64,000 nucleotides of DNA. Origin: Eledone cirrhosa. Lineage: Eukaryota. The translations under genes and the position numbers were made by a program. Under the pieces are notes generated by a model, which was given only the letters and a program-made list of their open reading frames with translations, did no database searches and was not told the origin of the DNA. The DNA is taken from contig OZ024758.1 of assembly GCA_964016885.1 (NCBI GenBank), positions 40,052,001 to 40,116,000 on the forward strand, read 5' to 3'. Of the stretch, positions 39,560 to 51,549 are shown piece by piece (position 1 is the stretch's first letter; each line of letters starts with the position of its first letter).

Positions 39560-42500
39560 AGCTTAGCTTAGCTTAGGATAGCTTAGATTAGCTTAGCTTA
39601 GGATAGCTTAGCTTAGCTTAGCTTAGGATAGCTTAGCTTAGCTTAGCTTAGGATAGCTTAGCTTAGGATAGCTTAGCTTAGGATAGCTTAGCTTAGGTTA
39701 GCTTAGCTTAGCTTAGCTTAGGATAGCTTAGGATAGCTTAGCTTAGGATAGCTTAGCTTAGCTTAGCTTAGGATAGCTTAGCTTAGTTTAGCTTAGGATA
39801 GCTTAGCTTAGCTTAGCTTAGGATAGCTTAGCTTAGGATAGCTTAGGATTGCTTAGCTTAGCTTAGCTTAGGATAGCTTAGCTTAGCTTAGCTTAGGATA
39901 GCTTAGCTTAGCTTAGGATAGCTTAGCTTAGCTTAGCTTAGGATAGCTTAGCTTAGCTTAGCTTAGGATAGCTTAGCTTAGCTTAGCTTAGGATAGCTTA
40001 GGATAGCTTAGGATAGCTTAGCTTTGCTTAGCTTAGGATAGCTTAGCTTAGCTTAGCTTAGGATAGCTTAGCTTAGCTTAGCTTAGGATAGCTTAGCTTA
40101 GCTTAGGATAGCTTAGCTTAGCTTAGCTTAGGATAGCTTAGCTTAGCTTAGCTTAGGATAGCTTAGCTTAGCTTAGCTTAGGATAGCTTAGCTTAGCTTA
40201 GCTTAGGATAGATTAGCTTAGCTTAGGATAGCTTAGCTTAGCTTAGCTTAGGAAAGCTTAGCTTAGCTTAGGATAGCTTAGTTTAGCTTAGCTTAGGAGA
40301 GCTTAGCTTAGCTTAGGATAGCTTAGCTTAGCTTAGCTTAGGATAGCTTAGCTTAGCTTAGCTTAGGTAGCTTAGCTTAGCTTAGCTTAGCTTAGGATAG
40401 CTTAGCTTAGCTTAGCTTAGGAGAGCTTAGCTTAGCTTAGCTTAGGATAGCTTAGGATAGCTTAGCTTAGGATAGCTTAGGATAGCTTACCTTAGGAGAG
40501 CTTAGCTTAGGATAGCTTAGCTTAGGATAGCTTAGGATAGCTTAGCTTAGGGTAGCTTAGCTTAGGATAGCTTAGCTTAGGATAGCTTAGGATAGCTTAG
40601 CTTAGCTTAGCTTAGGATAGCTTAGCTTAGCTTAGCTTAGGATAGCTTAGCTTAGGTTAGCTTAGCTTAGCTTAGCTTAGCTTAGGATAGCTTAGCTTAG
40701 GATAGCTTAGGATAGCTTAGCTTAGGATAGCTTAGGATAGCTTAGCTTAGGAGAGCTTAGCTTAGGATAGCTTAGGATAGCTTAGCTTAGGATAGCTTAG
40801 GATAGCTTAGCTTAGGATAGCTTAGCTTAGGATAGCTTAGGATAGCTTAGCTTAGCTTAGCTTAGGATAGCTTAGCTTAGCTTAGCTTAGGATAGCTTAG
40901 CTTAGCTTAGCTTAGGATAGCTTAGGATAGCTTAGCTTAGGATAGCTTAGGATAGCTTAGCTTAGGATAGCTTAGGATAGCTTAGGATAGCTTAGCTTAG
41001 CTTAGCTTAGGATAGCTTAGCTTAGCTTAGCTTAGGATAGCTTAGCTTAGCTTAGCTTAGGATAGCTTAGCTTAGCTTAGGATAGCTTAGCTTAGCTTAG
41101 CTTAGGATAGCTTAGCTTAGCTTAGCTTAGGACAGCTTAGCTTATCTTAGCTTAGGATAGCTTAGCTTAGCTTAGGATAGCTTAGCTTAGCTTAGCTTAG
41201 GATAGCTTAGCTTAGCTTAGCTTAGGATAGCTTAGCTTAGGATAGCTTAGCTTAGGATAGCTTAGCTTAGGTTAGCTTAGCTTAGCTTAGCTTAGGATAG
41301 CTTAGGATAGCTTAGCTTAGGATAGCTTAGCTTAGCTTAGCTTAGGATAGCTTAGCTTAGCTTAGCTTAGGATAGCTTAGCTTAGCTTAGCTTAGGATAG
41401 CTTAGCTTAGCTTAGCTTAGGATAGCTTAGCTTAGGATAGCTTAGGATAGCTTAGCTTAGCTTAGCTTAGGATAGCTTAGCTTAGCTTAGCTTAGGATAG
41501 CTTAGCTTAGCTTAGGATAGCTTAGCTTAGCTTAGCTTAGGATAGCTTAGCTTAGCTTAGCTTAGGATAGCTTAGCTTAGCTTAGCTTAGGATAGCTTAG
41601 GATAGCTTAGGATAGCTTAGCTTAGCTTAGCTTAGGATAGCTTAGCTTAGCTTAGCTTAGGATAGCTTAGCTTAGCTTAGCTTAGGATAGCTTAGCTTAG
41701 CTTAGGATAGCTTAGCTTAGCTTAGCTTAGGATAGCTTAGCTTAGCTTAGCTTAGGATAGCTTAGCTTAGCTTAGCTTAGGATAGCTTAGCTTAGCTTAG
41801 GATAGCTTAGCTTAGCTTAGCTTAGGATAGCTTAGCTTAGGATAGCTTAGGATAGCTTAGCTTAGGATAGCTTAGCTTAGGATAGCTTAGGATAGCTTAG
41901 CTTAGCTTAGCTTAGGATAGCTTAGCTTAGCTTAGCTTAGGATAGCTTAGCTTAGCTTAGGATAGCTTAGCTTAGCTTAGCTTAGGATAGCTTAGCTTAG
42001 CTTAGCTTAGGATAGCTTAGGATAGCTTAGCTTAGCTTAGCTTAGGATAGCTTAGCTTAGCTTAGCTTAGGATAGCTTAGCTTAGCTTAGCTTAGGATAG
42101 CTTAGCTTAGGATAGCTTAGCTTAGGATAGCTTAGCTTAGGTTAGCTTAGCTTAGCTTAGCTTAGGATAGCTTAGGATAGCTTAGCTTAGGATAGCTTAG
42201 CTTAGCTTAGCTTAGGATAGCTTAGCTTAGCTTAGCTTAGGATAGCTTAGCTTAGGATAGCTTAGGATTGCTTAGCTTAGCTTAGCTTAGGATAGCTTAG
42301 CTTAGCTTAGCTTAGGATAGCTTAGCTTAGCTTAGGATAGCTTAGCTTAGCTTAGGATAGCTTAGCTTAGCTTAGCTTAGGATAGCTTAGCTTAGCTTAG
42401 CTTAGGATAGCTTAGCTTAGCTTAGCTTAGGATAGCTTAGGATAGCTTAGGATAGCTTAGCTTAGCTTAGCTTAGGATAGCTTAGCTTAGGATAGCTTAG

Positions 42501-45500
42501 GATAGCTTAGCTTAGCTTAGCTTAGGATAGCTTAGCTTAGCTTAGCTTAGGATAGCTTAGCTTAGCTTAGGATAGCTTAGCTTAGCTTAGCTTAGGATAG
42601 CTTAGCTTAGCTTAGCTTAGGATAGCTTAGCTTAGCTTAGCTTAGGATAGCTTAGCTTAGGATAGCTTAGCTTAGGATAGCTTAGCTTAGGTTAGCTTAG
42701 CTTAGCTTAGCTTAGGATAGCTTAGGATAGCTTAGCTTAGGATAGCTTAGCTTAGCTTAGCTTAGGATAGCTTAGCTTAGTTTAGCTTAGGATAGCTTAG
42801 CTTAGCTTAGCTTAGGATAGCTTAGCTTAGGATAGCTTAGGATTGCTTAGCTTAGCTTAGCTTAGGATAGCTTAGCTTAGCTTAGCTTAGGATAGCTTAG
42901 CTTAGCTTAGGATAGCTTAGCTTAGCTTAGCTTAGGATAGCTTAGCTTAGCTTAGCTTAGGATAGCTTAGCTTAGCTTAGCTTAGGATAGCTTAGGATAG
43001 CTTAGGATAGCTTAGCTTTGCTTAGCTTAGGATAGCTTAGCTTAGCTTAGCTTAGGATAGCTTAGCTTAGCTTAGCTTAGGATAGCTTAGCTTAGCTTAG
43101 GATAGCTTAGCTTAGCTTAGGATAGCTTAGATTAGCTTAGCTTAGGATAGCTTAGCTTAGCTTAGCTTAGGATAGCTTAGCTTAGCTTAGCTTAGGATAG
43201 CTTAGCTTAGGATAGCTTAGCTTAGGATAGCTTAGCTTAGGTTAGCTTAGGCTTAGCTTAGCTTAGGATAGCTTAGGATAGCTTAGCTTAGAGATAGCTT
43301 AGCTTAGCTTAGCTTAGGATAGCTTAGCTTAGTTTAGCTTAGGATAGCTTAGCTTAGCTTAGCTTAGGATAGCTTAGCTTAGGATAGCTTAGGATTGCTT
43401 AGCTTAGCTTAGCTTAGGATAGCTTAGCTATAGCTTAGCTTAGGATAGCTTAGCTTAGCTTAGGATAGCTTAGCTTAGCTTAGCTTAGGATAGCTTAGCT
43501 TAGCTTAGCTTAGGATAGCTTAGCTTAGCTTAGCTTAGGATAGCTAGGATAGCTTAGGATAGCTTAGCTTTGCTTAGCTTAGGATAGCTTAGCTTAGCTT
43601 AGCTTAGGATAGCTTAGCTTAGCTTAGCTTAGGATAGCTTAGCTTAGCTTAGGATAGCTTAGCTTAGCTTAGCTTAGGATAGCTTAGCTTAGCTTAGCTT
43701 AGGATAGCTTAGCTTAGCTTAGCTTAGGATAGCTTAGCTTAGCATAGCTTAGGATAGCTTAGCTTAGCTTAGGATAGCTTAGCTTAGCTTAGCTTAGGAA
43801 AGCTTAGCTTAGCTTAGGATAGCTTAGTTTAGCTTAGCTTAGGAGAGCTTAGCTTAGCTTAGGATAGCTTAGCTTAGCTTAGCTTAGGATAGCTTAGCTT
43901 AGCTTAGCTTAGGTAGCTTAGCTAGCTTAGCTTAGCTTAGGATAGCTTAGCTTAGCTTAGCTTAGGAGAGCTTAGCTTAGCTTAGCTTAGGATAGCTTAG
44001 GATAGCTTAGCTTAGGATAGCTTAGGATAGCTTACCTTAGGAGAGCTTAGCTTAGGATAGCTTAGCTTAGGATAGCTTAGGATAGCTTAGCTTAGGTGTA
44101 GCTTAGCTTAGGATAGCTTAGCTTAGGATAGCTTAGGATAGCTTAGCTTAGCTTAGCTTAGGATAGCTTAGCTTAGCTTAGCTTAGGATAGCTTAGCTTA
44201 GGTTAGCTTAGGCTTAGCTTAGCTTAGCTTAGGATAGCTTAGCTTAGGATAGCTTAGGATAGCTTAGCTTAGGATAGCTTAGGATAGCTTAGCTTAGGAG
44301 AGCTTAGCTTAGGATAGCTTAGGATAGCTTAGCTTAGGATAGCTTAGGATAGCTTAGCTTAGGATAGCTTAGCTTAGGATAGCTTAGGATAGCTTAGCTT
44401 AGCTTAGCTTAGGATAGCTTAGCTTAGCTTAGCTTAGGATAGCTTAGCTTAGCTTAGCTTAGGATAGCTTAGGATAGCTTAGCTTAGGATAGCTTAGGAT
44501 AGCTTAGCTTAGGATAGCTTAGGATAGCTTAGGATAGCTTAGCTTAGCTTAGCTTAGGATAGCTTTAGCTTAGCTTAGCTTAGGATAGCTTAGCTTAGCT
44601 TTAGCTTAGGATAGCTTAGCTTAGCTTAGGATAGCTTAGCTTAGCTTAGCTTAGGATAGCTTAGCTTAGCTTAGCTTAGGACAGCTTAGCTTAGCTTAGC
44701 TTAGGATAGCTTAGCTTAGCTTAGGATAGCTTAGCTTAGCTTAGCTTAGGATAGCTTAGCTTAGCTTAGCTTAGGATAGCTTAGCTTAGGATAGCTTAGC
44801 TTAGGATAGCTTAGCTTAGGTTAGCTTAGCTTAGCTTAGCTTAGGATAGCTTAGGATAGCTTAGCTTAGGATAGCTTAGCTTAGCTTAGGATAGCTTAGC
44901 TTAGCTTAGCTTAGGATAGCTTAGCTTAGCTTAGCTTAGGATAGCTTAGCTTAGCTTAGCTTAGGATAGCTTAGCTTAGGATAGCTTAGGATAGCTTAGC
45001 TTAGCTTAGCTTAGGATAGCTTAGCTTAGCTTAGCTTAGGATAGCTTAGCTTAGCTTAGGATAGCTTAGCTTAGCTTAGCTTAGGATAGCTTAGCTTAGC
45101 TTAGCTTAGGATAGCTTAGCTTAGCTTAGCTTAGGATAGCTTAGGATAGCTTAGGATAGCTTAGCTTAGCTTAGCTTAGGATAGCTTAGCTTAGCTTAGC
45201 TTAGGATAGCTTAGCTTAGCTTAGCTTAGCTAGGATAAGCTTAGCTTAGCTTAGGATAGCTTAGCTTAGCTTAGCTTAGGATAGCTTAGCTTAGCTTAGC
45301 TTAGGATAGCTTAAGCTTAGCTTAGCTTAGGATAGCTTAGGCTTAGCTTAGGATAGCTTAGCTTAGGGCTTAGCTTAGGATAGCTTAGCTTAGGATAGCT
45401 TAGGATAGCTTAGCTTAGGATAGCTTAGCTTAGGATAGCTTAGGATAGCTTAGCTTAGCTTAGCTTAGGATAGCTTAGCTTAGCTTAGCTTAGGATAGCT

Positions 45501-46660
45501 TAGCTTAGCTTAGGATAGCTTAGCTTAGCTTAGCTTAGGATAGCTTAGCTTAGCTTAGCTTAGGATAGCTTAGGATAGCTTAGCTTAGCTTAGCTTAGGA
45601 TAGCTTAGCTTAGCTTAGCTTAGGATAGCTTAGCTTAGCTTAGCTTAGGATAGCTTAGCTTAGGATAGCTTAGCTAGGATAGCTTAGCTTAGGTTAGCTT
45701 AGCTTAGCTTAGCTTAGGATAGCTTAGGATAGCTTAGCTTAGGATAGCTTAGCTTAGCTTAGCTTAGGATAGCTTAGCTTAGCTTAGCTTAGGATAGCTT
45801 AGCTTAGGATAGCTTAGGATTGCTTAGCTTAGCTTAGCTTAGGATAGCTTAGCTTAGCTTAGCTTAGGATAGCTTAGCTTAGCTTAGGATAGCTTAGCTT
45901 AGCTTAGCTTAGGATAGCTTAGCTTAGCTTAGCTTAGGATAGCTTAGCTTAGCTTAGCTTAGGATAGCTTAGATAGCTTAGGATAGCTTAGCTTAGCTTA
46001 GGCTTAGGATAGCTTAGCTTAGGATAGCTTAGGATAGCTTAGCTTAGCTTAGCTTAGGATAGCTTAGCTTAGCTTAGCTTAGGATAGCTTAGCTTAGCTT
46101 AGGATAGCTTAGCTTAGCTTAGCTTAGGATAGCTTAGCTTAGCTTAGCTTAGGATAGCTTAGCTTAGCTTAGCTTAGGATAGCTTAGCTTAGGATAGCTT
46201 AGCTTAGGATAGCTTAGCTTAGGTTAGCTTAGCTTAGCTTAGCTTAGGATAGCTTAGGATAGCTTAGCTTAGGATAGCTTAGCTTAGCTTAGCTTAGGAT
46301 AGCTTAGCTTAGTTTAGCTTAGGATAGCTTAGCTTAGCTTAGCTTAGGATAGCTTAGCTTAGGATAGCTTAGGATTGCTTAGCTTAGCTTAGCTTAGGAT
46401 AGCTTAGCTTAGCTTAGCTTAGGATAGCTTAGCTTAGCTTAGGATAGCTTAGCTTAGCTTAGCTTAGGATAGCTTAGCTTAGCTTAGCTTAGGATAGCTT
46501 AGCTTAGCTTAGCTTAGGATAGCTTAGGATAGCTTAGGATAGCTTAGCTTTGCTTAGCTTAGGATAGCTTAGCTTAGCTTAGCTTAGGATAGCTTAGCTT
46601 AGCTTAGCTTAGGATAGCTTAGCTTAGCTTAGGATAGCTTAGCTTAGCTTAGCTTAGGAT
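39560..46660 (+). repeat. ~3.54 kb tandem duplication (second copy indel-rich)
   Basis: ATTAG 39587/43131, GATTG 39847/43393, CTTTG 40022/43568, GTAG 40367/43913, GGTAG 40551 vs GTGTAG 44096, GACAG 41131/44680, GATTG 42841/46373, CTTTG 43016/46548. Confidence 0.85.
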
Positions 46661-49600
46661 AGCTTAGCTTAGCTTAGCTTAGGATAGCTTAGCTTAGCTT
46701 AGCTAAGGATAGCTTAGCTTAGCTTAGCTTAGGATAGATTAGCTTAGCTTAGGATAGCTTAGCTTAGCTTAGCTTAGGAAAGCTTAGCTTAGCTTAGGAT
46801 AGCTTAGTTTAGCTTAGCTTAGGAGAGCTTAGCTTAGCTTAGGATAGCTTAGCTTAGCTTAGCTTAGGATAGCTTAGCTTAGCTTAGCTTAGGTAGCTTA
46901 GCTTAGCTTAGCTTAGGATAGCTTAGCTTAGCTTAGCTTAGCTTAGGATAGCTTAGCTTAGCTTAGCTTAGGAGAGCTTAGCTTAGCTTAGCTTAGGATA
47001 GCTTAGGATAGCTTAGCTTAGGATAGCTTAGGATAGCTTACCTTAGGAGAGCTTAGCTTAGGATAGCTTAGCTTAGGATAGCTTAGGATAGCTTAGCTTA
47101 GGATAGCTTAGCTTAGGATAGCTTAGCTTAGGATAGCTTAGGATAGCTTAGCTTAGCTTAGCTTAGGATAGCTTAGCTTAGCTTAGCTTAGGATAGCTTA
47201 GCTTAGGTTAGCTTAGCTTAGCTTAGCTTAGCTTAGGATAGCTTAGCTTAGGATAGCTTAGGATAGCTTAGCTTAGGATAGCTTAGGATAGCTTAGCTTA
47301 GGAGAGCTTAGCTTAGGATAGCTTAGGATAGCTTAGCTTAGGATAGCTTAGGATAGCTTAGCTTAGGATAGCTTAGCTTAGGATAGCTTAGGATAGCTTA
47401 GCTTAGCTTAGCTTAGGATAGCTTAGCTTAGCTTAGCTTAGGATAGCTTAGCTTAGCTTAGCTTAGGATAGCTTAGCTTAGCTTAGCTTAGGATAGCTTA
47501 GGATAGCTTAGCTTAGGATAGCTTAGGATAGCTTAGCTTAGGATAGCTTAGGATAGCTTAGGATAGCTTAGCTTAGCTTAGCTTAGGATAGCTTAGCTTA
47601 GCTTAGCTTAGGATAGCTTAGCTTAGCTTAGCTTAGGATAGCTTAGCTTAGCTTAGGATAGCTTAGCTTAGCTTAGCTTAGGATAGCTTAGCTTAGCTTA
47701 GCTTAGGACAGCTTAGCTTAGCTTAGCTTAGGATAGCTTAGCTTAGCTTAGGATAGCTTAGCTTAGGATAGCTTAGCTTAGGATAGCTTAGCTTAGGTTA
47801 GCTTAGCTTAGCTTAGCTTAGGATAGCTTAGGATAGCTTAGCTTAGGATAGCTTAGCTTAGCTTAGCTTAGGATAGCTTAGCTTAGCTTAGCTTAGGATA
47901 GCTTAGCTTAGCTTAGCTTAGGATAGCTTAGCTTAGCTTAGCTTAGGATAGCTTAGCTTAGGATAGCTTAGGATAGCTTAGCTTAGCTTAGCTTAGGATA
48001 GCTTAGCTTAGCTTAGCTTAGGATAGCTTAGCTTAGCTTAGCTTAGGATAGCTTAGCTTAGCTTAGGATAGCTTAGCTTAGCTTAGCTTAGGATAGCTTA
48101 GCTTAGCTTAGCTTAGGATAGCTTAGCTTAGCTTAGCTTAGGATAGCTTAGGATAGCTTAGGATAGCTTAGCTTAGCTTAGCTTAGGATAGCTTAGCTTA
48201 GCTTAGCTTAGGATAGCTTAGCTTAGCTTAGCTTAGGATAGCTTAGCTTAGCTTAGCTTAGGATAGCTTAGCTTAGGATAGCTTAGGATAGCTTAGCTTA
48301 GCTTAGCTTAGGATAGCTTAGCTTAGCTTAGCTTAGGATAGCTTAGCTTAGCTTAGGATAGCTTAGCTTAGCTTAGCTTAGGATAGCTTAGCTTAGCTTA
48401 GCTTAGGATAGCTTAGCTTAGCTTAGCTTAGGATAGCTTAGGATAGCTTAGGATAGCTTAGCTTAGCTTAGCTTAGGATAGCTTAGCTTAGCTTAGCTTA
48501 GGATAGCTTAGCTTAGCTTAGCTTAGGATAGCTTAGCTTAGCTTAGGATAGCTTAGCTTAGCTTAGCTTAGGATAGCTTAGCTTAGCTTAGCTTAGGATA
48601 GCTTAGCTTAGCTTAGCTTAGGATAGCTTAGCTTAGCTTAGGATAGCTTAGCTTAGCTTAGCTTAGGATAGCTTAGCTTAGGATAGCTTAGGATAGCTTA
48701 GCTTAGGATAGCTTAGCTTAGGATAGCTTAGGATAGCTTAGCTTAGCTTAGCTTAGGATAGCTTAGCTTAGCTTAGCTTAGGATAGCTTAGCTTAGCTTA
48801 GGATAGCTTAGCTTAGCTTAGCTTAGGATAGCTTAGCTTAGCTTAGCTTAGGATAGCTTAGGATAGCTTAGCTTAGCTTAGCTTAGGATAGCTTAGCTTA
48901 GCTTAGCTTAGGATAGCTTAGCTTAGCTTAGCTTAGGATAGCTTAGCTTAGCTTAGCTTAGGATAGCTTAGCTTAGGATAGCTTAGCTTAGGATAGCTTA
49001 GCTTAGGTTAGCTTAGCTTAGCTTAGCTTAGGATAGCTTAGGATAGCTTAGCTTAGGATAGCTTAGCTTAGCTTAGCTTAGGATAGCTTAGCTTAGCTTA
49101 GCTTAGGATAGCTTAGCTTAGGATAGCTTAGGATTGCTTAGCTTAGCTTAGCTTAGGATAGCTTAGCTTAGCTTAGCTTAGGATAGCTTAGCTTAGCTTA
49201 GGATAGCTTAGCTTAGCTTAGCTTAGGATAGCTTAGCTTAGCTTAGCTTAGGATAGCTTAGCTTAGCTTAGCTTAGGATAGCTTAGCTTAGCTTAGCTTA
49301 GGATAGCTTAGCTTAGCTTAGCTTAGTATAGCTTAGCTTAGCTTGGCTTAGGATAGCCTAGCTTAGCTTAGCTTAGGATGGCTTAGCTTAGCTTAGCTTA
49401 GGATAGCTTAGCTTAGCTTAGCTTAGCTTAGTTTAGGATAGCTTAGCTTAGCTTAGCTTAGGATAGCTTAGGATAGCTTAGCTTAGGATAGCTTAGGATA
49501 GCTTAACTTAGGATAGCTTAGGATAGCTTAGCTTAGGATAGCTTAGCTTAGGATAGCTTAGCTTAGGATAGCTTATGATAGCTTAGCATAGGATAGCTTA

Positions 49601-51549
49601 GGATAGCTTAGGAAAGCTTAGCTTAGCTTAGCTTAGGATAGCTTAGCTTAGCTTAGGATAGCTTAGCTTAGCTTAGCTTAGCTTAGCTTAGGATAGCTTA
49701 GCTTAGCTTAGCTTAGGATAGCTTAGGATAGCTTAGCTTAGGATAACTTAGGATAGCTTAGCTTAGGATAGCTTAGGATAGCTTAGCTTAGGATAGCTTA
49801 GCTTAGCTTAGCTTAGGATAGCTTAGCTTAGCTTAGCTTAGGATAGCTTAGCTTAGCTTAGCTTAGCTTAGGATAGCTTAGCTTAGCTTAGCTTAGGATA
49901 GCTTAGGATAGCTTAGCTTAGGATAGCTTAGCTTAGCTTAGCTTAGGATAGCTTAGCTTAGCTTAGCTTAGGATAGCTTAGCTTAGCTTAGCTTAGGATA
50001 GCTTAGCTTAGCTTAGCTTAGGATAGCTTAGCTTAGCTTAGGATAGCTTAGCTTAGCTTAGCTTAGGATAGCTTAGCTTAGCTTAGGATAGCTTAGCTTA
50101 GCTTAGCTTAGGATAGCTTAGCTTAGCTTAGCTTAGGATAGCTTAGCTTAGCTTAGGATAGCTTAGCTTAGCTTAGCTTAGGATAGCTTAGCTTAGCTTA
50201 GCTTAGGATAGCTTAGCTTAGCTTAGCTTAGGATAGCTTAGCTTAGCTTAGCTTAGGATAGCTTAGCTTAGCTTAGGATAGCTTAGCTTAGCTTAGCTTA
50301 GGATAGCTTAGCTTAGCTTAGCTTAGGATAGCTTAGCTTAGCTTAGCTTAGGATAGCTTAGCTTAGCTTAGCTTAGGATAGCTTAGCTTAGCTTAGCTTA
50401 GGATTACTTAGCTTAGCTTAGCTTAGCTTAGGATAGCTTAGCTTAGGATAGCTTAGCTTAGCTTAGGATAGCTTAGCTTAGCTTAGGATAGCTTAGCTTA
50501 GCTTAGCTTAGCTTAGGATAGCTTAGCTTAGCTTAGGATAGCTTAACTTAGCTTAGCTTAGCTTAGGATAGCTTAGCTTAGCTTAGCTTAGCTTAGGACA
50601 GCTTAGCTTAGCTTAGCTTAGGATAGCTTAGCTTAGCTTAGCTTAGGATAGCTTAGCTTAGCTTAGCTTAGGATAGCTTAGCTTAGCTTAGCTTAGGATA
50701 GCTTAGCTTAGCTTAGCTTAGGATAGCTTAGGATAGCTTAGCTTAGGATAGCTTAGGATAGCTTAGCTTAGGAGAGCTTAGCTTAGGATAGCTTAGCTTA
50801 GCTTAGCTTAGGATAGCTTAGCTTGGGATAGCTTAGGATAGCTTAGCTTAGGAAAGCTTAGCTTAGGATAGCTTAGCTTAGGATAGCTTAGCTTAGCTTA
50901 GCTTAGGATAGCTTAGCTTAGCTTAGCTTAGGATAGCTTAGCTTAGCTTAGGATAGCTTAGCTTAGCTTAGCTTAGGATAGCTTAGCTTAGCTTAGCTTA
51001 GGATAGCTTAGCTTAGCTTAGCTTAGGATAGCTTAGCTTAGCTTAGCTTAGGATAGCTTAGCTTAGCTTAGGATAGCTTAGCTTAGGATAGCTTAGCTTA
51101 GGATAGCTTAGCTTAGGATAGCTTAGCTTAGGATAGCTTAGGATAGCTTAGCTTAGGATAGCTTAGGATAGCTTAGCTTAGGATAGCTTAGCTTAGCTTA
51201 GCTTAGGATATCTTAGCTTAGCTTAGGATAGCTTAGCTTAGCTTAGCTTAGGATAGCTTAGCTTAGGATAGCTTAGGATAGCTTAGCTTAGCTTAGCTTA
51301 GGATAGCTTAGCATAGCTTAGGTTAGCTTAGCTTAGCTTAGGATAGCTTAGCTTAGCTTAGGATAGCTTAGCTTAGCTTAGCTTAGGATAGCTTAGCTTA
51401 GCTTAGCTTAGGATAGCTTAGCTTAGCTTAGCTTAGGATAGCTTAGGATAGCTTAGCTTAGGATAGCTTAGCTTAGGATAGCTTAGGATAGCTTAGCTTA
51501 GCTTAGGATAGCTTAGCTTAGCTTAGCTTAGGATAGCTTAGCTTAGCTT

